In this document: positions 28,198 to 36,987 of the stretch, in pieces | Layout: the number at the start of each line of letters is the position of its first letter | Position numbering within the stretch: position 1 is the first letter of the stretch | DNA from: a virus | Taxonomy: Duplodnaviria; Heunggongvirae; Uroviricota; Caudoviricetes | Length of the DNA stretch: 64,000 bases | Virus record (IMG/VR): IMGVR_UViG_3300017987_005500 | Strand: one strand, 5' to 3' | Notes under the pieces: generated by a model | Seen by the model: only the letters and a program-made list of their open reading frames with translations | Told to the model about the DNA's origin: nothing | The model's database searches: none | Program-made: the position numbers and the translations under genes

Positions 28198-31100
28198 CTA
28201 AAATGTTAAAACGTTTGTTTTTTGTTTTACTTCAGTAATTGGTTTAAGTAATAAATCGTGTCTATCTTTAAATGCGAATTCTAAATTTCCATTTAAGTCA
28301 GGTAATATATATGGTGGTAAGCATGGTTCATCATCTGGAATTGCTATGACTTTAAATTTATTTCCATCAGCTATAAATTTATCATATTTTTTAATTACAT
28401 CTTTTGGAGCTTTATCTCTATCAATTCCTAAAACTCTAAACATATATGACTTGGAACCTTGATTGTGAATATGATACATTACTTTGTTCCAAGCTTCCAT
28501 AGCTTTCACACCTTGAGGGATTGTTTTATAATCATTAATCTTTTTACCATATGATACAGGTCTTGCAATAGTCTTATCACCTTTCATAATTAGACTTTTA
28601 AATTCTTCTTCTTTTTGTTGAATATATGAGAAAATTTCATGCAACGATACATTCTCTGATTTCAATATTATATCAAGAAGTTCTTTCATAAACTCTTTTG
28701 ATTTACTTGGATAATCAGATCTCTTTATCTCAATACCCATATAGTTAATGTCATCAACTTTTTTACCTTCTTGATTAGTTACTCTTATTGAATATCGTTT
28801 CTTAGCTAAGAATAAACCTCTTGATATAATAAGCTCATTCTTTAACTCTAATCTATTTTTTTCAAATGGAACATTATGCTTTGCTACCATTTCTTTCATA
28901 ATTGTTTCATTCAAATAAGTTTGAATTTCATTACACCAACTTAATATTTGCTTTTCAGTTTTATCTCCTTTAAAGTCTTGAAAGCAACAAAAAATTGAAT
29001 CAGTATCGCCTGTTACAATATGAGGAGTTGATAATTTTCTTTTTTGCATTTCTTTTGGATCATACATCTCTTTCTTTGTAAGAGGTTTTGCTCTCTTTAT
29101 TTTTTGCCCTGTTCTTAAATGCTCCATAAATTCATTACCTTCAACAATACTCCATTTAAGAGCTTCCTGCCCACCCAATGTAATTGCAGTTGCACAACTC
29201 CTATCAAAGAATCTAAATATCTTATTTGCAATTGCTCCATATAATGAATTAGCAAGAACCTTATATGAATACTGTCTTGAATAATAAAAGTCAAAACCTG
29301 AATCATCTTTAGCTTCTTTTGCTTTAAACATCTTACCTTTATATATTTTACGAGAACCTAATAACATTGTAAGAATCCCACTATATACAGATTCAACATT
29401 TTCATGGTTATCATATACACAACCATTAATTGTAACAAGCCATTTTTTCTTATCAATATCTCCTAATAAATCTTTTGTATTAATTCTTTCAGGAATCCTA
29501 TCACACATTGGATCCATTATTATATCAATTTCATCTGGAAGACCTTCTCTATTATATGCTACATCATAACCGAGAGATTCATCTTCTAATTTCAGAATAA
29601 AATTATTTGGACCAATGTTATAAGTTATCATAAGACTCGGATATAGAGATGTGAAGTCAAAGTCAGTTATATCATCATATATTCCAGGAATTGGATCATA
29701 TACAAATGCTCCAGGATATTTTTCTTTTGCAATATGAGGATCTCCATTCTTAGACGCAAGACCTCTTTCCTTCAAATATGACACAGTTAATGAATCAACT
29801 TGACCCAATACTGCAGAACCTGAATCAAAACTTGTATTACAAATTGTCCTTATCTCATTTATAAAATTAACATGACTTAACTTATCTTCTAATTTCTCAA
29901 GAAGAACAACGTCCCTAATATTATACTCAATTAATTTATTTAATGCTTTTGTATACATCTCATGAAAAGGATAAGGCATTTGTATTTTGGTCATCTTTAC
30001 TTCAACTTGACCAATAAACCCTAATTGATAATTTTCCTTTTTTGTAAATGTAAACATCTTATATAAATGCATCTGATCTAATGGGACACAACCTACTAAA
30101 TTACAAATGAATCGAGAACCTTCAACATAAAATTCTCCAAACTTTGACATACTCCCCTGAGGAATTTTTAATCTTTTAAGTCTATTGAATATATACTCAA
30201 AGTCAAAGGCAACTGCATTCCAACCTGTAATAAAATCAGGATCAACTTCTTTAAAATCTTTAATGAATTGTTTTATTAATGTTAATTCATTTTTAAATAT
30301 TTTTAACTCAACACCTTTCTGCTCAATTATTGGTTCAGCTCCATTATCAATAACATAAGTTGTATATTTTTTATGATAAGCAGTTGTAAGAAGATTGATT
30401 GGAAACTTAGCTTCTTTCGGATCTGGAAATACTTGAACACCTTTTGTGTCGATCTCAATATCAATAAACATTATATTAAAATCAGTTCTCTTAGCTTCTC
30501 CAGTGGATTGAAGATAATAATCCATTGCATGCTTCTGAGTTATTTTTATATCTCCTTCATATGTTTTCTCAGAATCAAGAACAGCTCTTTCTCTATAATG
30601 ACATTGACCTTGATATAATTGATCATAAGGAATTATCTTATCTCTTTTAACACCATCTGGACAAGTATAAAAATAATAATTATCACCTTCTTGATGATAG
30701 ACTTTCTTATTATCTTTATCTCTAAATATGTACAATACTTTATTGGTTTTCATTATATATTGTACATCAACTAATCTATATTCATCAGTATAAAATTTAT
30801 CTGGAATTTTATAATTATAAACACCTTTTTTAAGATTCTCTGTTTTAATTGGAGCTTTCTTTTTATCTGTAAATGTCTTTCCTAAAAATTCAGCTGCTGT
30901 TTTAATATCTTCCTCAAATTTATCAGCATAACTTTGATTTCGATTTACGAAACTTGGGTGAACAGTTACTAAAACATCTCTATCTTCCCATTTAAAAAAT
31001 TGACCTCTTAAATTAGTTATTCCTTTTTCTGCAATTCCAAATGCTTTCATAGGACTTGATCCCATTACAATTATCAATTTTGGGTTACAAGTTTTAATAA

Positions 31101-31437
31101 TATCAAAACAATTTGTTTTACATTTTTCAATTGTTTCGTCATTTGGATTTCCTGTATTTCCATCTTCGTCTAAGGTCAAACATAATACACAATTTGTCAG
31201 TAACCATTTAAAGTCTTTCTTTATATATTTGTCAAAATGTTTTCTAAAAGTCTTTCCTGCTTTTCCAATTAAAGGAACACCTCTTTTAATCTCATCCTTG
31301 CCAGGATTTTCAGATACCACAACAACTTCAACTTTTGTAAGATCTGCTTTTGAGTTAGTGTCCATAATACATGATGGAGCTTCTAACAATTCACATGTTG
31401 AGCAATCAGCTAATGATTGTCTGAGACTTTTTGCCAT
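28198..31437 (-). CDS. Family B DNA polymerase with N-terminal uracil-DNA-glycosylase-like domain
   Basis: 'HIVTGDTDSIFCCF' PolB motif C (DTDS). Exonuclease-like 'MFIDIEID' (Exo I). N-terminal 'SENPGKDEIKRGVPLIGKAGKTFRKHF' resembles family-4 UDG motifs (GEAPG / GxPFvGxAGxlL). 1079 aa. Confidence 0.85.
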   Translation of the reverse strand: MAKSLRQSLADCSTCELLEAPSCIMDTNSKADLTKVEVVVVSENPGKDEIKRGVPLIGKAGKTFRKHFDKYIKKDFKWLLTNCVLCLTLDEDGNTGNPNDETIEKCKTNCFDIIKTCNPKLIIVMGSSPMKAFGIAEKGITNLRGQFFKWEDRDVLVTVHPSFVNRNQSYADKFEEDIKTAAEFLGKTFTDKKKAPIKTENLKKGVYNYKIPDKFYTDEYRLVDVQYIMKTNKVLYIFRDKDNKKVYHQEGDNYYFYTCPDGVKRDKIIPYDQLYQGQCHYRERAVLDSEKTYEGDIKITQKHAMDYYLQSTGEAKRTDFNIMFIDIEIDTKGVQVFPDPKEAKFPINLLTTAYHKKYTTYVIDNGAEPIIEQKGVELKIFKNELTLIKQFIKDFKEVDPDFITGWNAVAFDFEYIFNRLKRLKIPQGSMSKFGEFYVEGSRFICNLVGCVPLDQMHLYKMFTFTKKENYQLGFIGQVEVKMTKIQMPYPFHEMYTKALNKLIEYNIRDVVLLEKLEDKLSHVNFINEIRTICNTSFDSGSAVLGQVDSLTVSYLKERGLASKNGDPHIAKEKYPGAFVYDPIPGIYDDITDFDFTSLYPSLMITYNIGPNNFILKLEDESLGYDVAYNREGLPDEIDIIMDPMCDRIPERINTKDLLGDIDKKKWLVTINGCVYDNHENVESVYSGILTMLLGSRKIYKGKMFKAKEAKDDSGFDFYYSRQYSYKVLANSLYGAIANKIFRFFDRSCATAITLGGQEALKWSIVEGNEFMEHLRTGQKIKRAKPLTKKEMYDPKEMQKRKLSTPHIVTGDTDSIFCCFQDFKGDKTEKQILSWCNEIQTYLNETIMKEMVAKHNVPFEKNRLELKNELIISRGLFLAKKRYSIRVTNQEGKKVDDINYMGIEIKRSDYPSKSKEFMKELLDIILKSENVSLHEIFSYIQQKEEEFKSLIMKGDKTIARPVSYGKKINDYKTIPQGVKAMEAWNKVMYHIHNQGSKSYMFRVLGIDRDKAPKDVIKKYDKFIADGNKFKVIAIPDDEPCLPPYILPDLNGNLEFAFKDRHDLLLKPITEVKQKTNVLTF

Positions 31438-31439
31438 AT

Positions 31440-31470
31440 AAAATATCCTTTTATGTTTTGTTACAAATAA
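31440..31470 (-). promoter_or_regulatory. Conserved upstream motif TTTGTAACAAAA (promoter-like) upstream of polymerase gene
   Basis: Minus reading 'atattaTTTGTAACAAAAcATAAAAGGAtattttataATG'. Confidence 0.4.
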
Positions 31471-31718
31471 TATTTTTAATATCCTTTTTATGTTTAAAGT
31501 AATACTGCTATATATATTTATTAGTGAAGAGATGAAGAGTTTGTTAATTTTGTTTTACAGTTAGTGTTTTAGTGTTAATCTGGGCAAGGGAAGGAGAATT
31601 ATTATGAATCACTTTTATTAACTTTTTTAAATCTTAAGGAGAGATGACATGTGTACAGTTACTATGGAAATTGGTAAGAACTTAGACTCGACTGTAAATG
31701 GGAGGAGGTGCTTTAATG

Positions 31719-32318
31719 GATCAAACTGAGTGTCAAGAAGCGTGTAGAGTTTTGAATATTGATGATATAGACCCGCATAATTTAGACGTAAATCATGCAA
31801 ATGACATAATTCAAGTATTTTTTGATATACTTGAAGAAGTAGAAGACCCCGACGAAAAATTTAACATATCATTAATAAAAGCAAAAAATCAACTCTTATA
31901 TGAAATTATCAAAAATAAAAGCAATTGTAATAATGTTTTTGAGTTTGATCTTGACTTCAGTAATAGCATGAATAAATGCAAATACTGTGGTGGTGGAGGA
32001 ATTAAACCTGTTGTTGAGCAAGGCATTGTTAAAAACATGGATAAATGTCCTGATTGTTTGGGATCAGGAATTCAACATAAACCATGTAGAGAATGTCATG
32101 AAACAGGATGGATTGGTCCGAATCATTGTTCGATATGCAATGGTAGAAAGAGAATACCTTTCAGGAAAAACGCAAAGAAAAAATGTTCACGATGCGGCGG
32201 TAATAAATACATTGATCGAAAGGTAAGTACAGGAAGAATTCTTTCTCACATTACATGTACAGTATGTAAAGGTTATGGTGTGATTGGATGGGAAAAGGCA
32301 TGTTCACCAAAAACCTAA
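31719..32318 (+). CDS. DnaJ-type cysteine-rich (CxxCxGxG) zinc-finger protein
   Basis: 'CKYCGGGG...CPDCLGSG...CRECHETG...CSICNGRK...CSRCGGNK...CTVCKGYG' repeated CxxCxGxG units. Likely start ATG 31719 after GGAGG. Short upstream ORFs lie in the leader. Confidence 0.5.
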   Translation, partial: DQTECQEACRVLNIDDIDPHNLDVNHANDIIQVFFDILEEVEDPDEKFNISLIKAKNQLLYEIIKNKSNCNNVFEFDLDFSNSMNKCKYCGGGGIKPVVEQGIVKNMDKCPDCLGSGIQHKPCRECHETGWIGPNHCSICNGRKRIPFRKNAKKKCSRCGGNKYIDRKVSTGRILSHITCTVCKGYGVIGWEKACSPKT

Positions 32319-32378
32319 ATTAATTTAAGAAATATAATGGACGTCAGAGATTACACGTGGATAGCTGACGTCCATTTT

Positions 32379-32882
32379 TCATATATCAACCATTGAAAAG
32401 TTTTCACTTATATATGATTTGAAACTTATTTTTTTTGGTTTTTTCTTTTTTGTCTTTTTAACTTTTGGAACTTCAAGTCCTAAAGTTTCATATATCTGCT
32501 CTCTGTCTTTTGATCTAGAAATTATTTCAGATAATAATAAAACATCGTCATTTTTTAAAGATACTATTTTTTCTCTTAAAATGTCATATAACTTATCTTT
32601 ACTTGGTCGCCTTGTATAAAATGAGCTCCCTTTCCTAACCTTATAATCAATCACACATCTCTTTATAAATATTAAAAATTCTTCCTTATCAATACTAAAT
32701 ACATGATAAGTATTAAGATACGTATTCAAATATTTATTCAAAGGTCCATTATTCATAAACATAGTTAATAAGTTTCTATGTGTAACTGGAGAACCTGGTT
32801 TTGTTAAAATAGCAGGAACTGGAGATTTTCGATTACCATCCCATAACCAAGTATTCAATTGAGACCATACTGAGGTAGACAT
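32379..32882 (-). CDS. Hypothetical protein (167 aa)
   Basis: ORF preceded (minus strand) by the TGTAACA motif and 'AAAAAGGAAAA' RBS. Confidence 0.5.
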   Translation of the reverse strand: MSTSVWSQLNTWLWDGNRKSPVPAILTKPGSPVTHRNLLTMFMNNGPLNKYLNTYLNTYHVFSIDKEEFLIFIKRCVIDYKVRKGSSFYTRRPSKDKLYDILREKIVSLKNDDVLLLSEIISRSKDREQIYETLGLEVPKVKKTKKKKPKKISFKSYISENFSMVDI

Positions 32883-32912
32883 ACATTTTCCTTTTTAATA
32901 TGTTACAAATCA
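32883..32912 (-). promoter_or_regulatory. Conserved upstream motif (TGTAACA + A-rich/SD)
   Basis: Minus reading 'gatttGTAACAtattaaaaAGGAAAAtgtATG'. Confidence 0.4.
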
Positions 32913-32925
32913 TATAAATTTTATC

Positions 32926-33714
32926 TTATAATGAAGTTTCAGTTGATGTTTGAATATGAGGTTTCATATTTTTTCTCCAAGTTCTTATATCAAAATTTTC
33001 TTTATTCAATCCTGGAGGAAATGCGCAGTCCATCTCATGTAACATTTGATGTGCTCTTTCAGTTGGTAAATGGCCAGATCTTACATTTCTTATTATTTCT
33101 ATCATTTTCCATACTAATGGATCATCTTGAATATCCTTGGATAGACTTTTATGTACATCAGATAATCGTTTAACTTCTTTCCAAATTCTTTTTTTCTCTT
33201 CCTTTTCACATTCCTTTGCAATAGAGATAAGACTATTTATTGATGTTGAAATACTTTTCATTTGAGCATGAAGTCTATTATGAGATCTTATTAAAACAAC
33301 ATTTTCAAATCTGTTATTAAAAGGATTTCCATCAATATGATGAAGATCAAGTCCATTCTCTCGACATCCTCTGAAAATAAAATCAAGTCCATGATGAAAA
33401 TTCCAAATCAATGTACCTATTGTTATAGTCAAAGTCTTATCATTTGCTCTATTACTTCTTGTGTTAAGAATAGGATGCATAAACTTTCGCTTATCTTTAA
33501 CCCTTATCACTGGGCAATATTTGACAGGATGCCATAATGAGCAATTAGGAGGAAGTTCTCCATACTCATGTGGGCATGTTGCGCAAATAGTTTCTCCAAA
33601 TGGAAGATAATAACCATATATTTCTCCAGTTATTCTTTCCACTCTTCTTGGGTTAAAATTGTCTTTTGTGTTGTTGTAGACGTCGTGTAATTGAGTCCAG
33701 TCTGGCATTTTCAC
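32926..33714 (-). CDS. HNH endonuclease (262 aa)
   Basis: 'LDLHHIDGNPFNNRFENVVLIRSHNRLH' HNH box; N-terminal Cys/His cluster 'CATCPHEYG...CSLWHPVKYCP'. Confidence 0.55.
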   Translation of the reverse strand: MKMPDWTQLHDVYNNTKDNFNPRRVERITGEIYGYYLPFGETICATCPHEYGELPPNCSLWHPVKYCPVIRVKDKRKFMHPILNTRSNRANDKTLTITIGTLIWNFHHGLDFIFRGCRENGLDLHHIDGNPFNNRFENVVLIRSHNRLHAQMKSISTSINSLISIAKECEKEEKKRIWKEVKRLSDVHKSLSKDIQDDPLVWKMIEIIRNVRSGHLPTERAHQMLHEMDCAFPPGLNKENFDIRTWRKNMKPHIQTSTETSL

Positions 33715-33761
33715 ATCTCCTTATTTTAGGTTATAAAAAAAGATAAACGTCGTTATTGAGT

Positions 33762-34103
33762 TTATCTGTAATATTTAATTATTACAACATCTCCTGATTT
33801 TATTAATGAATCTAAATCATTAGACGATAATATTTGAGAAGGATTTAATATCTCTGATATATGATATTCTATATTAGGTTCTAATTGAATTCCAATATCT
33901 TGTATCGTTATAGGATAATTTGTTTTATTTTTTGCAGTGAGATGTAAAATCTTTTCAGGAGCTTTACCTACAATATTTTCAACCCAATCAAGTTCCCCCG
34001 CTCCATTGCATTTTGAACACGCTTGCTTTATAGGTTTTGTCGTGTCCCATCTTTCTTGAGGAATATATATCATTCCTTCTCCATCACATTTAGAGCATTT
34101 CAT
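33762..34103 (-). CDS. Zinc-ribbon paralog family member 8 (dispersed copy)
   Basis: 'MKCSKCDGEGMIY...CSKCNGAGELDWVENIVGKAP'. Same core as the 18.6-21.1 kb array, with a unique C-terminus. Confidence 0.55.
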   Translation of the reverse strand: MKCSKCDGEGMIYIPQERWDTTKPIKQACSKCNGAGELDWVENIVGKAPEKILHLTAKNKTNYPITIQDIGIQLEPNIEYHISEILNPSQILSSNDLDSLIKSGDVVIIKYYR

Positions 34104-35046
34104 TTTTCATTATCTCAATCATATTAGGATAAAAATTATCAACTTCATCCTGACATATCATTTCAGGAACAGGTAAACTTCCTATTAATATTTTTCGACA
34201 TATTTGAGCTGCTTCAATATAATCATCATATAAATATTCATTTGGAAGTATCTCAGGGAAACATAATGCTCGAGGAGCTACGGGAATACATCCACAACGA
34301 AGAGCATCCATAATTGTATAATTGAAAGTATCTTCTTGTGTTGAAATGAAAAGGATTTTTGATTGTGAAAGGAATCGAGAATATTCTTCAGGATCTGTAA
34401 ATGTTTTTCTTATAATTTTTGAACCAACTTGTCTTTCAACTTTTTTCTCTAATTTCAAATTTACTTTTTGAACACAAGGTCTTGATACAGAAATTATATT
34501 ATTTACTTTTGGTAATGGAAAATTTGTTATTATTTCATTGGGAGGTTTTGGTAATCTAACAACTTCAACATTATTCCAACCCAATTTTTCTTTGTGATAA
34601 TGAGATCCTACAAAGACCTTATCAAACATTTTTGAAAGTCCTGTCTCAACTTTAAATTTAGGTCTTCTTACATCTGAAAAGAAATCATATTTATTTTTCG
34701 CTGTTGCATGACAAAAAATAAATTTCTTTCCTATAAACCTTTTTGTGAAAAGTATATTAGGAAATATACCAGGAAAACTTATATCAGTACAAAATAATAC
34801 ATCACCAGGTTTTTCATAAATTTCAACATAATCTTCAATTTGTGCAATCTCTAATACTGCAGAATTATGTACACTTGAAAAGTCTTTAAAATGTGCTCTG
34901 TCATGAGCAAGGTCCTCAATAATATCTCCGCCAAGAACAACCACATCATCAAAATATTTTTTGAATACATCTTTAAATTCGGTATACCACCATTTCGTAT
35001 ATCTTCCATCAGTCGGAAGTTGAGGTACAAAATACATAGTTGCCAT
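34090..35046 (-). CDS. Glycosyltransferase (GT-B/GT4-like)
   Basis: 'FISTQEDTFNYTIMDALRCGCIPVAP' resembles the GT1/GT4 'E-x7-E' donor-binding motif (EgfGlvllEAmacGlPVIa). Confidence 0.45.
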   Translation of the reverse strand: MATMYFVPQLPTDGRYTKWWYTEFKDVFKKYFDDVVVLGGDIIEDLAHDRAHFKDFSSVHNSAVLEIAQIEDYVEIYEKPGDVLFCTDISFPGIFPNILFTKRFIGKKFIFCHATAKNKYDFFSDVRRPKFKVETGLSKMFDKVFVGSHYHKEKLGWNNVEVVRLPKPPNEIITNFPLPKVNNIISVSRPCVQKVNLKLEKKVERQVGSKIIRKTFTDPEEYSRFLSQSKILFISTQEDTFNYTIMDALRCGCIPVAPRALCFPEILPNEYLYDDYIEAAQICRKILIGSLPVPEMICQDEVDNFYPNMIEIMKNEML

Positions 35047-35258
35047 TATTTTTTCCCTTTTAAATTCTTTTTAAATTCATTCATCATTTTTTCCATATAT
35101 TTTGTTGTAGATGATTTAAATGCTAAGGTCAATTCCATTTTAATATCTTCTACTGAGTACGTATTATTCACATCTAATTTGTTCACTCTGTCAACAAAAT
35201 CATCATATGCTTGCGCTATAATGACTATTTGGTCGAATTTGTTTTGTTTAGATTTCAT
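35046..35258 (-). CDS. Hypothetical protein (70 aa)
   Basis: Small ORF, ATGA-coupled. Confidence 0.35.
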   Translation of the reverse strand: MKSKQNKFDQIVIIAQAYDDFVDRVNKLDVNNTYSVEDIKMELTLAFKSSTTKYMEKMMNEFKKNLKGKK

Positions 35259-35286
35259 GGCTAAATATATTACTATACGTATAACG

Positions 35287-35832
35287 TTAAAGGGAAATTG
35301 TGTTAATACATCGCTGGATAATTGATGTTGTTGAAATGTTAGAAACTAAATTGATAGATATAACATCTCCCCCATTTTCTTTTACAAAATCTTCTCCCAC
35401 AATCTTTCCCTCCCAATCTTTTCCTTTAACTAAGATATCAGGTACAATTCTCTTAATTAGGTTAATAGGCGTGAGTTCTTCAAATATGAATATATAGTCA
35501 ACCATTGGAAGCGCTGACAGTGTATTTCGCCTTATACTCTCGTCAAGTATAGGTCTTGTATCACCTTTTAATTGTTGGATTGATGTGTCAGAGTTCAATC
35601 CAACAATTACAATATCTCCAGCTTTTTTACAATCATTCAATAAAGTCAAATGACCTAAATGCAATATATCAAAACATCCATTTGTAAACACGACTTTTTT
35701 ATCTTTGCGTCGTATTTGAAAATGCATCATATGTCTCTCATTTAAATATTGACTTACCATCTTCATTTGAATTTTCCTATTTTTTGAATACCCATTTATC
35801 ATAACCACTGAATAGAAAATACTTATGTTCAT
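35287..35832 (-). CDS. Cytidylyltransferase-family nucleotidyltransferase (HIGH motif)
   Basis: 'VVFTNGCFDILHLGHLTLL' is the (T/H)xGH motif of the TagD/RfaE-II cytidylyl/adenylyltransferase family; 181 aa. Confidence 0.6.
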   Translation of the reverse strand: MNISIFYSVVMINGYSKNRKIQMKMVSQYLNERHMMHFQIRRKDKKVVFTNGCFDILHLGHLTLLNDCKKAGDIVIVGLNSDTSIQQLKGDTRPILDESIRRNTLSALPMVDYIFIFEELTPINLIKRIVPDILVKGKDWEGKIVGEDFVKENGGDVISINLVSNISTTSIIQRCINTISL

Positions 35833-36316
35833 ATTTCCATAAACTACTTTGTTTATGATAACATGTATCTAGTAATATTTTTTTCCTTTCAGATTGAGAA
35901 CATTCGAACTTAAATGGAGCATTCATTTCAGTGATATAAAATGTAACATCATATCCTGCTCTTGCTAATTGTTCTCCTCCAATTCCTTGAAGTCTGTGGT
36001 CTGGGTGTGTCTCATATATAGGGTGGGGAAAATAAAACATATTGGTGGGATGAAGAAATTTTGAGGGAATTGTATTTAAAAATAATTGAATTTTAACATT
36101 GGTGTGATTTCTTAACTCTGCTGCTTCAGCTCTTCTTTCATTATCAACGTCAGATGTATATATTACAATTGGTGATATTGAATTGTCATTTAATAATTCA
36201 AAGCAACCTATTATTTCATCGTCGGGATGAGGTGCTACAATAATTGTTTCAAATTGAGGTCCTGGTTTCTCTTCTTTTTTCTCGCCATTCAATGGTATTA
36301 ATTTATTTTCAGTCAT
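35777..36316 (-). CDS. LmbE/PIG-L family deacetylase
   Basis: 'IVAPHPDDEIIG' matches the PIG-L 'AHPDDE' zinc-binding motif. Confidence 0.6.
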   Translation of the reverse strand: MTENKLIPLNGEKKEEKPGPQFETIIVAPHPDDEIIGCFELLNDNSISPIVIYTSDVDNERRAEAAELRNHTNVKIQLFLNTIPSKFLHPTNMFYFPHPIYETHPDHRLQGIGGEQLARAGYDVTFYITEMNAPFKFECSQSERKKILLDTCYHKQSSLWKYEHKYFLFSGYDKWVFKK

Positions 36317-36350
36317 ACTATTTCCTTTTTTATATTTTGTTACAAAAAAA
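36317..36350 (-). promoter_or_regulatory. Conserved upstream motif (TTTGTAACAAAATATAAAAAAGGAAA)
   Basis: Minus reading 'ttttttGTAACAaaaTATAAAAAAGGAAAtagtATG' directly upstream of the LmbE-like gene. Confidence 0.4.
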
Positions 36351-36373
36351 ATAAATGGTATCTCAATTTAAAA

Positions 36374-36450
36374 TGGAACCCCCGACACGAATCGAACGTG
36401 CATAAAGCGGCCTTAGAAGGACCGTGCTGATCCATTTCAGCTACGGGGGC
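36374..36450 (-). tRNA. tRNA-Arg (anticodon TCT)
   Basis: Hand-folded cloverleaf: acceptor gcccccg/cgggggt, D arm gctg..cagc, anticodon stem-loop 'cggtc-cttctaa-ggccg', T arm gcacg-ttcgatt-cgtgt; CCA encoded. Confidence 0.65.
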
Positions 36451-36492
36451 ATGGAGCCGGCACGTGGATACACACGCGGTTCACCCGGCATA
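36451..36492. other. Isolated GC-rich hairpin-forming segment adjacent to tRNA-Arg
   Basis: 'ggagccggcacgtggatacacacgcggttcacccggc' (~65% GC in a ~30% GC context); ccgg..ccgg and cgtgtg/cacgtg inverted segments. Confidence 0.3.
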
Positions 36493-36493
36493 A

Positions 36494-36717
36494 TCATTTT
36501 ATTTCATATAACGTAACACGTGTTATATGAATTTTTGGAGAATTATTACTATTAAGTCTACATCGTTCACATACTTTTCTCGGCATTCCATTGCCAGACC
36601 ATTTCATTCGTCGTAAATAAATAGACTCGCAACGGGGACATTTACATTCTATTCTTTTTGCTTGAATTATTTCTACTGAAAAGTCTAAATCGTATCCGTC
36701 ATATTTAGTTACCATAA
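36494..36717 (-). CDS. Small zinc-ribbon protein (~74 aa)
   Basis: 'CKCPRCES...CERCR'. ORF-track N-terminal extension to 36784 runs through tRNA-Thr and is rejected; probable start 'MVTKYDGY'. Confidence 0.4.
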
Positions 36718-36723
36718 TTTTAA

Positions 36724-36799
36724 TGGAGCCTATGAGAGGAATCGAACCCCCAACTTTCTCCTTACAAGGGAGACACTCTGCCAATTGAGTTACATAGGC
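36724..36799 (-). tRNA. tRNA-Thr (anticodon TGT)
   Basis: Acceptor gcctatg/cataggc, D arm actc-aattggca-gagt, anticodon arm 'tctcc-cttgtaa-ggaga', T arm with two G.U pairs; CCA encoded. Confidence 0.65.
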
Positions 36800-36987
36800 A
36801 TTAAGGTTGATGAATGGGAAAGGATTCCTCCAATCCCATTCATATAATTAAATGTTAAATAATAAGAGAATTACTAATATATGAAAACCAAAACTTGACA
36901 TAAGAATATAAGTTATTACAAATGATAAATTTTTTTCATTCTTCCATATATGTTTTTCAACAAACTCTTTTATAGACATATATTCAC

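Noticed and set aside
31570-31718. Short upstream ORFs (MNHFY*, 26-aa MCTVTMEIGK...) in the leader of the 31719 gene as an attenuator
   Set aside because: Possible, but there is no downstream terminator/antiterminator pairing and no conservation evidence. Mentioned only in the feature note.
36494-36784. N-terminal extensions of 36494-36784, 54384-54656 and the fused 61882-63120 ORF
   Set aside because: The extensions are tRNA or tRNA-like sequence read in frame. Genes were trimmed to the first ATG after the tRNA.
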